Origin: Eledone cirrhosa
Taxonomy: Eukaryota
Reading direction: 5' to 3'
DNA length: 64,000 nucleotides
Assembly: GCA_964016885.1 (NCBI GenBank)
Contig: OZ024740.1
Location: 129,332,001 to 129,396,000, forward strand
Below, one piece after another: positions 15,313 through 29,500 of this stretch (positions are counted from its first letter, which is position 1; the number at the start of each line of letters is the position of its first letter). Below the pieces are notes generated by a model, which saw nothing but the letters and a program-made list of their open reading frames with translations, was not told the origin of the DNA and ran no database searches. Position numbers and translations under genes: made by a program.

Positions 15313-15464
15313 GTCTTAACGCATGGGAACGCTAGGCAGTTGCCCGGGGGCCCCACGAGGATAGGTGGCCCATTTGTATTTTTATTCCTGCGAGTGGTTG
15401 TGTAGGTAGGGGCCCCAGTGCTATGCTTTGCCCGGGGGCCTATAATGCTGTTAAGACAGCCCTG
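15306..15464. mobile_element. Short MITE with CAGGGC-type terminal inverted repeats (hAT/Tip100-like, tentative)
   Basis: Right end GTTAAGACAGCCCTG; left end (CGTGT)CCGTCTTAAC; internal GC-rich TGCCCGGGGGCC occurs twice. Confidence 0.6.
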
Positions 15465-16201
15465 AGTGTCCTCATTCACGTGGACTATGCGAAATTCGTT
15501 TCCCGGTGATAGCTATTGCTTTCGAAAATCAACTGCGGAAGGATATACACATTTTTCTTAACTTGTGCGTGATTGCTATGTTCTAGTCATTCCTGGAATT
15601 TCAGATCTAATATGTGTCATCACTGCTCTTAAAGAATTCTGTTGCAAGCTAAAGCAATGACACCAATTATATTCTCTAGTGATACGGCAAACGGGGGAGT
15701 TAAATATATATATTTCTATCATGCATCTATGAATAGCATCTCCATCGACTCACTGTATGAAACTACCGACATGTCACCTCGACCGCATCACTTCAATGTA
15801 ACTCTAAATTCATGCCAATAAAACATATGCACACTTCAAAGTATACTCTCATCATTTGAAGTAGAATCTCCTGAAAAAGGATACATTTCATACTGATTTA
15901 CGCAAAATGTTATGAAAAAAAACTCTATATGTATCGATGTTAAACATTGGGGACATATACGTCGATGCAACTCATGTTTGATAATACTGAATATCTATTT
16001 ATTGTGGAAGATACTTGGGAAATAGAGACGTCTGCTATATATTTTTGCAGAGCATTTACTTACTATTACTATCATTATTTTATAGTGGAATCTCTGTAAA
16101 TATTCTAAACTTAACACGTAGCCTCTAGTGGCCGGAGAGAGTTGCTTAGCATGTATTAAACCAGAAATTAATTTTCAATTCATCCGTCATATACAACATG
16201 A

Positions 16202-16718
16202 CTAGCAGATTTACCGGGCGTGCCCAGGGTTTGAAATTATACTAAGAATGTACAGCTCGGAAGTAAATTGAATGGAAAATCCCATAAGGATTTAGTTTTT
16301 ATGGGATAGCTGACACAGGCATGCGACTTAGAAGAAAATCGATGCTCGCTTACGAGCCTTGTAGTGCAGAGAATAAACACCTATAATTTTGTCGTGAGTG
16401 ACAAAAAATGTGCTAGCTACAGCTGAAAAGTTGTAGGTCCCAAAAGTTTGAATGGAAAGTGCCATAAAGATTTTGTTTTGATTGATTTCCACCTTACATC
16501 ATGCACTTTAGAACAAATACTTTTGCTATTAATTTTTTATTGCTCAACGTGGGTCGATTTGAAAGGTTTCTATGATGTGACCATCTTAGCGACATGTGCA
16601 ACGTGCAAAGAACATTTTGTTAAATTCGGTTGGCAATTGTAAAAGCCTTAGCTGTCCAAATTTGTCCACAGACACACACCCACACACCCACACACATCCT
16701 CACTTTTATATATATAGA
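16202..16718 (-). mobile_element. Non-autonomous Helitron
   Basis: Minus strand: A|TCTATATATATAAAAGTGAGGATG at the 5' end; subterminal hairpin CTGGGCACGCCCGG then CTAG|T at the 3' end. Canonical Helitron termini in an AT target. Confidence 0.75.
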
Positions 16719-18884
16719 TTTCGCAGCTCTAGCATCACTCCTTCATAGTCAGCCAAATTACTTTTCAACCCAGATGTGTACACAATACACAATTACTTGT
16801 CTTAACTGGCTTCCATTATTTTTTAATCTGCTCACTCCTCTAGTTTTTCTCTTCCCCTTCAACGTGTCTTCCTACCTCTTTCCGCCACTCTTACTTACTA
16901 CGTCTCTTTCTTTCTGTTATTTTCTCTCTCACTTTCTCTCTTTTTATATCTTATTTTCCCCATCTCTTTCTCCCTCTCTCTCTCTGTCTGTTTTTCCCTC
17001 TCTTTATATTTAATCTGCACCCCCCTCTATTAATTATGGCTTTCCGCTCTCACTCTTTTGTATCACTCTTCTCTTTCTTTCTCTCTTTGTATCATATCTC
17101 CCTCTTTCTATTTGTAACTCATCTCCCTGTCTGTCTCTTTTTATACCATATCTCTTCTCTCGCTCTCGCGCTCTCTCACTCTCTCTCGCGTTCTCTCACT
17201 CTCTTTCTCTCTCTTTTTTTATCATATGTGCCCCTTTCTCTCTCTCTGTACCATATCTAATCTCTCTCCCTCTCTCTCTCTCTTTGTACCATATCTCCTC
17301 TTTCTCCCTCTGTCTCTCTGTACCATATCTTCTCTCTCCCTGTACCATATCTCCTCTCTCTCTCTCTCTGTAACATACCTCCCCTCTCTCCCTCTATACT
17401 ATATCTCCTCCCTCTCCCTCTCCCTCTCTCTCTCTCACGCTCGCTCTCTCACTCTCTCAGTGTTTCCTCTACCACTGATTCTGACCCCCTCGCTCCACAA
17501 ACACACACACACATCCTCGCTTTTATATATATATATTTCACCCTTACAAATATTATTTATTTCTCAGACTATATTCCAAGCCCACACACATGTGAACAGA
17601 TTTTATAACTTCTCTTTCCTCGGCATAACTTTTCTGTCCCCAAATCAACCTATGATTTGTTTTCGAGGCAATATCCAGTATCCATTTGTAGAGAGGAAGT
17701 TATAGGTGTGATCAGCTTTACAAAAGCATTTCACTTTTACGCAAGCGTCGGTGTTATATTATAGTTCGTATCGCATTTAACCTACATTTTTCAGCGGCAA
17801 CTGATAATCATATTACAAATATAAATTGTTTACCGCTGACGGTCATATGAGGAACATACTTGGATATTGTATTAGTGTTTAGTCAGCCCAAATATAACTA
17901 GTCAATATGTCAAAATTGAACATGTGGGGACTGTCCTGTTCAATTTGTAAATATATTCATATATATGGATATATACAGACATATTCATGTATATTGGTAT
18001 ATACATACGTACATGCATACATACACACATAGGCACATTTAGGACTCTAGATGTCCTCAATAATGCTGATTTTTACTTTCGGGATTTATATATTCCCACA
18101 TACATCAAATTATGATGATCCTAATTTCCAGGAACAGATTAGTTATTTCCTGTCCATAAAGAGATTTAATATTTGTATATGCCAGAAACTCACGGAGGCT
18201 GCAATTAAATTGTACAGTTTGATTTCTATAAATTTCTGGTATATAGTTTATCCAGATTTATGCTATTGAATTATCAAGTAAATGCACCAATTATTATTAT
18301 AAACATCACTATCGTCATCATTACCCCCACCGACATCACCATCGCCACCACTTTTCTCATCAACACCATCATCACCACCACTGGTATCATAATCATCATG
18401 AGTAGAAGCAGCATTGACAGTCGTTTCTATGTTTCTTTCTTATCAGGTTATCGAAAATTGTAACCTTGTAAATACAAACATAACACGGAAGAACGCGTAC
18501 ACATAGATACATACACACGTACCAATATTTGATAGGAATATCAATAATAATAAAAACACTCACAGAATGAATAAATTTTCAATTTGCAAATTTGTTGATA
18601 AATATTTTGGTGATATGAAAAATAATAATCAAATATAATTGTATTTTGCCGTAAAATAGTATTTCTTAACTCAATCTGGAAGACATTTTAATTTGGTTGC
18701 AAAGTTAAAGATGCTTCAAATGATATCTCGGCTATTACATTTGTTGACCGACAGGTGAATTGTACAGACACAACGGCAAAACAAAAGTTAGTAAATGTTT
18801 ATGATTTGAGTATTTTGTTCCTGCACATACTCTTACAATTTCTTTCGAAATAATTTTTAACATACGAATAGAATTTGAATTCCG

Positions 18885-18969
<85 letters not shown>

Positions 18970-18973
<4 letters not shown>

Positions 18974-19595
18974 CAAAAGCCTGTATTCAGTTAGAAACTC
19001 AAAATAGGCTCATTACAGTAAATAAGCTCTAGGAAAAAGGCTTTTCCGAGCCGTATATAACCGAACAAAAAGGAAACAACGAACACAGACATATATATAT
19101 ATATGTGTTCAAATCGTAATGGACCAAAATCGCTAAGGTGAAAACAATACTCACAACAGAGTTACAGGGTTTGCTGGACTGAATTTAAGAACAAATTAAG
19201 AAAAATAAATACAAACCAGTATTGTGGATTTTGGTCCATTACGATTTAAACACATATATATATATATATATATATGTATGTGTTCGTTTTTTCCTTTTTG
19301 TACAGTTATATACTGCTCGGAAAAGCCTTTTTCCTAGAGCTAATTTACTTTAATGAGACTATTTTGACTTTTTAACTCAATACAATGTTTGATATATTAG
19401 GCTCCGTTAATTCGTAGAGCTATTTCAAATGTCGTGTAGTCCCGGCTGCTATTTTTAGTGGCGTAAGTCTACGCGACACGCTAATTTAGGGATCCAAGTG
19501 CGTTATATATACACACACTTTCCAGTTTTCTACTTGATTTAGAAGTAGAAGTGAGGAGTATACTAATTTCAGCATCAAATTTATTATTATTACTA
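18970..19595 (+). mobile_element. Fold-back element (family Y): inverted arm 18970-19130, direct arm 19227-19395, tail to TTTATTATTATTACTA; PLE-like architecture
   Basis: Arms are reverse complements by eye; related to 38850-39046, 50977-51280 and 51430-51757; (TA)n on both sides. Confidence 0.6.
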
Positions 19596-19623
19596 TATGT
19601 ATATATATATATATATATATATG

Positions 19624-19656
<33 letters not shown>

Positions 19657-19740
19657 GATATATAATATATATATATAATATATATATATGATATAAAATA
19701 TATATATATAATATATATATATAATATATATATATATAAT

Positions 19741-19983
<243 letters not shown>

Positions 19984-20073
19984 ATGTATAGTATATATAT
20001 ATATATATATATATGATATATATATATATGTATATATAATATAAGATCAAAAGATGGTTAAAGGAGTTCCATA

Positions 20074-20144
20074 TATTTTATTATGCGCATTTCAAAAACA
20101 AACATCATCAAACAATAATATTTGCGTTTTCATCAGATAAAACA
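20074..20144 (-). ncRNA. Type I hammerhead ribozyme in the inverted pLTR of PLE family 2
   Basis: Reverse complement of 20745-20815. Confidence 0.8.
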
Positions 20145-20744
20145 GGAGAACATGATATGAAGGCTAAAAAACACTTGTTGATAGTGCAGTTTTAAATCAA
20201 CATATGAAAAGTGGTTTTAGATTGATGTGTGATATTGGGAAAAATATTTTATTTAGAGAGGGGGGGGGGGGAGAAAAGGATGAAAAGGGAAGGAGATGAG
20301 AGGGAGAGATGGGTGATAGAGAGAAAGAGATAGTTTTTATAACTGAGAGGAGATATATTTTATATAGAGGGGTTGAAAACCGTTGGAAGATACTGTATAA
20401 ATTAAAAACTTTGAAAATTAACGAAGGGAGGATATGTGCGAGGAAAAAATATTTGATTTAGGGAGGGGGGGGGGGTTGGACATTTTTAATTTATACAGTA
20501 TCTTCCAACGGTTTTCAACCCCTCTATATAAAATATATCTCCTCTCAGTTATAAAAAGTATCTCTTTTTCTCTATCACCCATCTCTCCCTCTCATCTCCT
20601 TCCCTTTTCATCCTTTTCTCCCCCCCCCCTCTCTAAATAAAATATTTTTCCCAATATCACACATCAATCTAAAACCACTTTTCATATGTTGATTTAAAAC
20701 TTCACTATCAACAAGTGTTTTTTAGCCTTCATATCATGTTCTCC

Positions 20745-20815
20745 TGTTTTATCTGATGAAAACGCAAATATTATTGTTTGATGATGTTTGTTTTTGAAAT
20801 GCGCATAATAAAATA
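20745..20815 (+). ncRNA. Type I hammerhead ribozyme in the 5' pLTR of PLE family 2
   Basis: UGUUUUAU-CUGAUGA-AAACGCAAAUAUUAUU...GAUGAUGUUUGUUUUU-GAA-AUGCGCAU-A-AUAAAAUA; palindromic stem III. Confidence 0.82.
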
Positions 20816-21019
20816 TATGGAACTCCTTTAACCATCTTTTGATCTTATATTATGCATACTCCAGTCCCACAAACTGTAGAGTGCTTCTTATCCGATATCT
20901 GCATTGCTTTATTGTACTACAATAAAACTCACCTCCTACATTAACTTGCTCCTTAACGGTTGAGCGCTTACTCTCATATTGGATACCTTTTGATGGTCCT
21001 TCACCTCTTCTTCTACAAC

Positions 21020-23424
21020 ATGGATTATTACAACATAACCAATTCAACTAAAGACATTCCTATACCTGGTAAATCTGAATTCACCAAACTTCTTATTGAA
21101 AAAACTGACTCCTTCGTAAGAAGACTTAGATGGACAGCCTATTTCTATGACCAGCGCCTAAAAGGGAACTTTCATACCAAAGAACACAACTTCCTCGATC
21201 ATCTTTTTAATTCTAGACGAAATCCTCCTTCCAACAAAAATCTAGCACAATTCGAGGAAGAATTAACTAAAATTATAAAAAATCTTAAATTCAAGAGATA
21301 CCCTTACAAAGGACAAGAGCACCTTGTAAATCTCAAGAACACAATCTCTAACCTAAATTCCTCAAAAAATGTTTTAGTCCACTCTGACAAAACCAATAAC
21401 CTATATGGTATTTCCAAGGATAATTATAACAACCTTATCCTAAAGGAACTTAGGAAAAAGTATCGTAAAACCAACCATGAAAATTTAGAATGCATAAACC
21501 TTGAAGCCTATGAGATTATGTCAAAACTTGGCATTGAAAAAAAAGACCGAACCATTCCTCCCAAGAACTCCGAGGATAAATCTCAAGGATCACAAAAACA
21601 ATTTTCGCACTGAACTACCTGTTAGATTAATCGCCCCCTCTAAATCTGATCTGGGGGTTGTTAGTAAAGCCATCTTGGATAGGATTATCCCACAGGTTAG
21701 TTCTAATTGCTCTTCTTTAAACCTAAATTTATGGTTTGGTACTTCTGAAGTGATTGGCTGGTTCAACAAATTGGATAATAAAAACAAACTAAAATTTATT
21801 CAATTCGATATTGCCAGCTACTATTCCTCCATTTCGCCTTCACTTCTCAATAATGCTCTATCTTTCGCACTTAAATATTCTGACATCACCACAGATGAAC
21901 TTCACATCATCCTCACCGCACGTAAAACCATCCTAGAGTTCAACAACGAATATTGGACCAGAGCCGATACCTCTAACAACTTCGACATCACAATGGGAGC
22001 ATCCGATTCATCCCAATTGACTGATTTAATTGGTATCTTCATTTTGAACTCTTTGAGTCGGAAAATTCCTCAACTTCGCGGTGGAATTTATCGTGACGAT
22101 GGACTCTTTACTATCCTAAATTGCAATATAGTTAAACTTAATATTATTAAGAACAATATACGTAATCTCTTTAACCAACATAACCTAAAAATTGAATTTG
22201 ATAATAGTATCAAACTAGCTAATTTCTTGGATGTATCTCTTAATCTTGACACTGGCCTATATTACCCTTACCATAAAAACAATGAGAATCTTAATTATGT
22301 TAACTTTAAATCTAACCATCCTACCAATATCAAGAATGCTATAGTTAATAATATTGGAAATAGAATATCTAACATATCTTCTAATAAAAACATCTTTGAT
22401 GCTAACGCCAATTACTATAATAACGCACTTTCTAAAGCCGGCTATCCAGATAAAATCAAATATAATAAAGAAACAAATTCTAGGAAAACTTACAGTAGAA
22501 TATTTAATCATAACCATTCCAATAATTTTAATAAAAGACCTAGATACAAAAACATAATCTGGTATAATGCTCCTTTCTCCATCTCTATTAATAACAATAT
22601 TCCTAAATTATTTTTTTAGTGCCATAAATAAATGCTTCCCTCCCTCACATATCTATAGTAAAATATTTAACAAACACACCATCAAATTTTCGTATTCTAC
22701 ATCCTCCAATATTTCCAACATCATCTCTAAACACAACAACAAAATATTAAATACTAAATCTCTTCCTTCCAATATTGAATTTCATAATAACAGTAATAGT
22801 ACTCCTGACGTCATTGTAAACCCTAGGCTAACTTCTGTAAACCCAAATGCAACATCAAACACAACTTCGCTAAATGTTCATAATCCAACTCTAAATCAAG
22901 AAACTATTATTCCTATTATTCCTATCGCAAACAACTTCTCCAATCCAATTCCTTCTATAGATAACACTAGATCACTCATTAATAATCTCTCTAATTGCAA
23001 CTGCCGCATTAAAAATAAATGTCCTCTCAACAACCATTGCCTCGATAAAAACTTAATTTATGAATGTAAAATTATAACTAGCACCAATTCCTTCACCTAT
23101 TTTGGCTCCACTTCCACCTCTTTTAAAGCTCGTCTCTATAATCATCATTCATTTTTCAAATACAAACTTAAAAGAACTAACACTGCTCTCTCAGAACTCA
23201 TATGGTCCTTAAAAGACAAAAACATTAAATATAACATCTTTTGGAAAAAGATTTCTTCTGCATCCTCATACTTGAACAGCTCTCTATCTAAAATCTGTAA
23301 TCTCTGCCTAAATGAAAAATTTACCATTATCTCTAACCTAGAATCCATAATAAATAGACGCTCAGATTTGTTTTCTATCTGCCTGCATAAATTCCATAGA
23401 ACTTTTCACAAAGTATACAGTTAA
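21020..23424 (+). CDS. PLE polyprotein: reverse transcriptase plus C-terminal GIY-YIG endonuclease (Naiad-like); two +1 frameshifts in homopolymers
   Basis: KDIP, LKDHK, FIQFDIASYY, ITMGASDS, IYRDDG, NFLDVSL, SNHP, WYNAP, CNC-x5-CPLNNHC, YFGSTSTSFKAR, CNLCLNEK, CLH. Frame breaks at A8 (21537-21544) and T7 (22611-22617). Confidence 0.92.
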
Positions 23425-23480
23425 TATTCAATTCTTTATCAATTTAGAATCTTTTCTCAAAGGCACATATACATACACCT

Positions 23481-23910
23481 CTTTAAAATATACCCATCTA
23501 CCTTACTTTAAAGGGCATTATACACTCTATAATACTCGTTTACTCATTACCCTCATTCTATCTTCTCGTAAAACAATAACATTTGTTTTTGACATTTTGA
23601 ATATTCATCCGCAATCATTATTATTTTTTCTCTCTATCATAAATCTTTTTAATCTCAATTTCATCCTTAATTTATTATTATATTTTTTTTTTAATATATA
23701 CTCATATATTCTTTAAAATATACCCATCTACCTTACTTTAAAGGGCATTATACACTCTATAATACTCGTTTACTCATTACCCCCATTCTATCTTCTCGTA
23801 AAACAATAACATTTGTTTTTGACATTTTGAGTATTCATCCGCAATCATTATTATTTTTTCTCTCTATCATAAATCTTTTTAATCTCAATTTCATCCTTAA
23901 TTTATTATTA
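23481..23910 (+). repeat. Tandem duplication (period 230 bp) in the PLE family 2 3' UTR
   Basis: CTTTAAAATATACCCATCTACC... starts at 23481 and at 23711; both copies run to TTTATTATTA. Confidence 0.9.
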
Positions 23911-24629
23911 TTGTTTTCTCCCCATCAACGAACTCATTATTAATACATATGAATTCAATATACAAACTTTAACTTCACATTATTTTTCTCAAATCCTTCT
24001 ACACATAAACTTTTTTTCTCTTTGCTAATTTTGAAATTCCCACAATACATACATTTCTTCTTTTGACGTTAGAATATTCACCCACAATTATTATTTTTTT
24101 CTCTCTATCTTCATACATAATTTCCCTTCGTTAATTTTCAAATTTCTTTAATTTATACATTATCTTCCAACGGTTCCCAACCTCTCTATATTAAAACATT
24201 ATATCTTTTTCTCAGTTATAAAAACTATCTCTTTCTCTCTATCAGCCATCTCTCCCTTTCCACCTTCACTCTCATCTCCTCCCCTTTTTTTAATCCTTTC
24301 CACCCCCCCCCCTCCCTAAATAAAATATTTTTTCCTCGCACATATCCTCCCTTCGTTAATTTTCAAAATTTTTAATTTATACAGTATCTTCCAACGGTTT
24401 TCAACCCCTCTATATAAAATATATCTCCTCTCAGTTATAAAAACTATCTCTTTCTCTCTATCACCCATCTCTCCCTCTCATCTCCTTCCCTTTTCATCCT
24501 TTTCTCCCCCCCCCTCTCTAAATAAAATATTTTTCCCAATATCACACATCAATCTAAAACCACTTTTCATATGTTGATTTAAAACTGCACTATCAACAAG
24601 TGTTTTTTAGCCTTCATATCATGTTCTCC

Positions 24630-24700
24630 TGTTTTATCTGATGAAAACGCAAATATTATTGTTTGATGATGTTTGTTTTTGAAATGCGCATAATAAAATA
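24630..24700 (+). ncRNA. Type I hammerhead ribozyme in the 3' pLTR of PLE family 2
   Basis: Same sequence as 20745-20815. Confidence 0.82.
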
Positions 24701-24863
24701 TATGGAACTCCTTTAACCATCTTTTGATCTTATATTATGCATACTCCAGTCCCACAAACTGTAGAGTGCTTCTTATCCGATATCTGCATTGCTTTATTGT
24801 ACTACAATAAAACTCACCTCCTACATTATATATATATATATATATATGATATATATATATATT

Positions 24864-24992
<129 letters not shown>

Positions 24993-25069
24993 GTGGTGTA
25001 TGTGTGTGTGTTTGTGTATGTGAGTGTATATATATATTTATTATATACATGCATACATAAATATATATA

Positions 25070-26420
25070 TCCTAAATAGGAGCACGATCTAACTATCCTG
25101 TTCCACCACAGCTAACCTGGCCAATTTATACAGTGAAATTAAATAACAAATTCCTCCGCGCGTATGGCAGTACCAATAGCCAACAGAAAGCCGGACATAA
25201 TTCAACCTCAGCAACAGCCGCATCCTCCACCATTGAGCAGACAACTACCCTCAAATACAAATCTCTCCTCCGCTTCACACGCATATCCGGATCAATAACA
25301 ACATATCCGGAATAACACTCCCAATACAAGAACCGGAGACGAAACCACACATTCTACACGGACACAATGCAACTACTGAAATCCCAACAAGTGTCCTTTG
25401 TGTAGTAAATGTTTGTACAAAAACATCATTGACCAAGGTGTCGTCAATTCTAAATTGGGCATATATAAACATGTGGGTTTTACTTCGAATATCTTTCAAG
25501 AAAAGATGGTATGTTCACACCAACACGTTTAAGAACCCTGGTTTAGCTAGATCTACGGCCCTGGTGAAAAACATTTGGGATCTGAAGCGCGCTAATATTG
25601 AGTACACACTACAATGGTCCTTGCTGAAAATCGTCCAACCAAACCGGAATGAAAGACGCCCCTGTGAATTATATCTGGCGGACGTAATTGAATAGTGACC
25701 GGAAAGGTCCTTCTCATTTCCGACAGGATAGGGTATCTAATTGCAAACACAAGGTTTTAAAACCCTCTCTCAATTCAAACTCGCCTAGAACACGATGATT
25801 CGATCCTTGATACCTAGATTTCACTACATTTTATTTAGTACATTTTCTGTGGCATTTGTACCTATCACACCCACGCAAATAAGTCAGTAATATTAAAAAT
25901 CTCATTTTCGTAATTTCTTTCCTCCCTACCAACTCTAACCTAGTCTTAATGTCTACACTCTCCTTTTTTCAGTCCCCTTTATACCTTCTTTACCCTCTCG
26001 ACCATATATGGCACATATCAAAACCTTCACCCATACTACAGGTCAAAGAATAATCGTTCCACATCACCTCACATAGATTGATAATGTAAAACTCTTAACC
26101 CCCACCCACTCTCCTCTTAACTCTCTCAACTACCACACTGTATTTCAATCTATTTTTATTGTCGGTTTGAGTTATTCATATTTTCTTAAACGAAAATCGC
26201 ATTCCTTCATTTTACCGCGTAGTTAATAGTCACTTCCACAATTACAGGTTTTCTGATGAAGTGTGATTAATAATTAAGTATTCAACATGATTGAACAATA
26301 TAGATTGGAGTCAGCATATGTAGACAATTATAATAGACAAGAAACATATGTTAAAGCATATGTTAAATTCAGCAGGTCGGGGACAGGGTTTTGAGTACTT
26401 GATGCATTTATAAGTTTAGC
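25070..26420 (+). mobile_element. Decayed 5'-truncated PLE (family 4): linker/GIY-YIG remnant and 3' UTR
   Basis: FKKRWYVHTNTF, IWDLK...LQWSLL and RRPCEL align to the endonuclease of the intact PLE; begins at a (TA)n tract; right boundary uncertain. Confidence 0.75.
26248..26357 (+). ncRNA. Probable degenerate type I hammerhead of PLE family 4
   Basis: GUUUU-CUGAUGA-[long, weak stem II]-GAA-ACAUAUGU-U-AAAGC; palindromic stem III; located where the pLTR is expected. Confidence 0.5.
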
Positions 26421-29400
26421 GTAGCCTATTATTTGCTTATTGAATGCAGGCGTTTTGGACCTTTATGGAATCAATATAAAAGGACTCCAGGTGATAAAGA
26501 TGCAACATTAATATGATATTACTCACAGATGCATTTCGATATTAGCACCGAGAAAACATTCAAGTTTCTTCGTTTTAAGTACAAAATAAATATCTCAAAT
26601 GTTAATGTCCTACACACTACTATGTAGTCTAATGCATTAATAATTAATTCAGTTGTGTTGCAGAGCATTGGCCTTCGTATGTATTATATTCTCCATTTTC
26701 TTCATAAACTCTATTGCTTACATGTGTTCTTACACATTATTTTCAATAATTTAAAGATTAGATACAGTGGAGAAAAGTGAATATGTATACTCTCATAAAT
26801 ATGTGTATGAAGCTATTTTTAAAAGGTGTCCTCATGCTGTCACAAACATAACAATAACTCAAATTATATGAGTGACATTTATTCACCAAATTTTCAATGA
26901 TGTTCTCTCATAATGCTGCACTTCGTGGACATTTTAATATTTCAATTATTCAACATATCAAGATAATTCCTTAATAGTATTTTGTATTTCAAAATCCTTT
27001 AAAGATTTCCAACGATCTCATAAATGTCTAGCTTAATCGTTGTCTAACCTACTGTACAGCTGGGAATAACTTGGTATCTTATTGCTACTCGTTCTTTCTA
27101 TACTAGTTGTTAACAAGAAACCTGAGGAACTAAAGGAAAATATAAATTTTATCAGATAACCGATTGAACATTCCCGATTAATAGAAGCAAACGACTTGCC
27201 ATTTTGCTTTGCTCCTCTAAACGTACAAAAATAATATTAGTATAGAGACATGGCCAAATACGAAAAGAAATAAAGTTAATTGGCAGTGTCTTTCTATATA
27301 TTTATATTTCTAATGGAAAAAAAGTTCTTGTACTTATTTTGTATTATCGCAGATTTAAATTGGCGTAGAGTAACGCGCATAAGATGAGGGTGTACAACCG
27401 AAATCGAATATATTCTGCTTGTTTGAAAGTGCTAAGAGGTGACTAGAGACATGATAAATCATTTTTATACTACAAGCTAAACGATCATTTATCTTCATCT
27501 ACTAAAAGTAGAGTCAAAGTAACTGTATTCTAAAATTCGACCCCAAGTTCTACTAGTATTCATTGACATTATTTTGCATTTAACAATATTCTCTCGGTAA
27601 TTCCTATATATTGTGTTGCTCAATTGCTTTATTGCTTGTTCTTTCCTTGTTTTCTCTTGCGCCCCTTAATCATTCCGTTCTTCGTCACTTCTTTTCGTTT
27701 ACTTTTGTGTTTACTTAATAATAAATACCACATCATATATGTGTGTTTGAGCAAGAAATAAAATAGTTTCGATTTACAGTTACAACTTTTGAGGTATTAA
27801 CAAAATTGCAAATCCTTGTACATATCCTTCTCTAAATACATTTCATGGAGGCTATCATTCTCCGCAATATTGCTAACCCTACCAAGGGTTGACAAAGAAA
27901 TAAAAGATATGTGGTTAATCCATTCACAAACGTTTTTTTTTTCTGCACATGTGGTTTGAAATAATTCGATATAATACTATAATAGCAAACATTTGGCAGA
28001 CTAAATATTTGCTTTGCACAGGGTATATTTTTAATTTGAAATAATAAGTGTGCCGAATTAATATTAAACAAAAAATCCGTATAACGATGTTCTCTCTTGT
28101 GGTAAAGATGCCGAGAATTTTGTGGTTTGCTAGCTTAGTATTTGCTCTGCCTCTGTCTTGGGAAAACCAGCATCATTTGAGTTACCAACAGCAATTTTAA
28201 ATATGAATTAAAACATTCAACATTCTAAACGAATTATTCGCACAAAATATAGAAATATATAATTACGGAACAGATTATAATGCCTTGTTATTTGCTCTTT
28301 TACTCGAAATAACCAGACAACTACATTCAAAATGCAGTAGAAAATTACTCACCTCAATATATGAAATATATGTGTACAGTTCGTGGGTGCGAAATACCAG
28401 AGCTGATACATGGTAATGAATATGAGCATTATTCTAGTTTCTAGTCAATTCTAGTCAATTATAATCTACAAACAATATCTAGAAATACCTGCCAAACTTC
28501 CATCAAGCCCGCTGTGTCTATCACGTACGCAAGGCTAACGAATATTAGAATATTTAAAGTTTACCTCTTATATATATGTGTGTGTGTGTCTGTTTCTGTG
28601 GGCGCGTGTATGTGTTTGTGTGTGTGTAACAATGATATTCTTCTTAATATTTGCATTGTACGTGTATCACGATATATCACTAATTATTGAATATATTAGA
28701 GCCTATGGGTATATTGTTATTATTGCGGTTCTCTTAAATATGCGCGTACATATGTAAATTCTGTAAAAAACATGGCTAAGTTACATTTGCTTTGAAATGT
28801 GTCGATTGTTATCATTTGGTAGCATTTCAGGAAATGCGATAAGACAGGTTGGACTAAACAGAATATGTCCAGATATATGAGGAGATACAGAGACGAAGAT
28901 CAAACAGTTTTTAACAATTTATTTCATTGAAATAAATAGATTTTGATAAATGTTCAGTTCATTGATGTATTTTTCTCATATGAATTAATCTATAATGCAT
29001 TTGGTAGTTGAAATTTGTAATTTACATTTTATAGTTAATACTTTAAGTATGCGGTGAACACTTCATCATTTCAATTTACAGATCAATATATGTAGTTGAT
29101 GAAATAGGAATTCTGCTTATAGTTTTGCGAAGTGGTTACCTAAACAACATATAAGTCTGCAGAAACATTTGAAATTGTTTCAATAACAATCTTCTTTAAT
29201 AAATATCGACTTCCTATGAACATAATCTACGAATGCATAGCTTTGTCAGATATATAATCAAAGTCCGGTGAAATTACGAAAAGTCCTTCGTGTACAACAT
29301 TTCAAAACCAATATACGACTATTAAAAAAAGAAAATCATTAATATTACAAACTACAATCTTAAAGAATAGTCGGTTTTTGGTTTAATTAATTAATAGTAT

Positions 29401-29435
29401 AGAAAATAATTCCTATCATTACTTATCTAAGTGTT

Positions 29436-29500
29436 ATAAAATAAAGTACCAGTAATACGCTGGTTGATTGCTGGCCTTGTGCCAAAAGTAGAAACAATTA
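29436..29500 (+). mobile_element. 3' fragment of SINE family A
   Basis: ATAAAATAAAGTACCAGTAAT...GCCTTGTGCCAAAAGTAGAAACAATTA. Confidence 0.75.

Larger units (their letters stand above)
20036..24828 (+). mobile_element. Full-length Penelope-like element, family 2: inverted pLTR (20036-20475), 5' pLTR (20482-20943), ORF, 3' UTR, 3' pLTR (~24302-24828)
   Basis: Near-identical direct repeats both end CTCACCTCCTACATTA; an inverted copy lies upstream; TA-rich microsatellite on both flanks. Confidence 0.93.

Noticed and set aside
28353-28402. Possible 50-nt minus-strand exon (CAG acceptor, GAG|GTGAGT donor)
   Set aside because: No homology or neighbouring exons to support it; could occur by chance in 64 kb. 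RNA-seq would decide.
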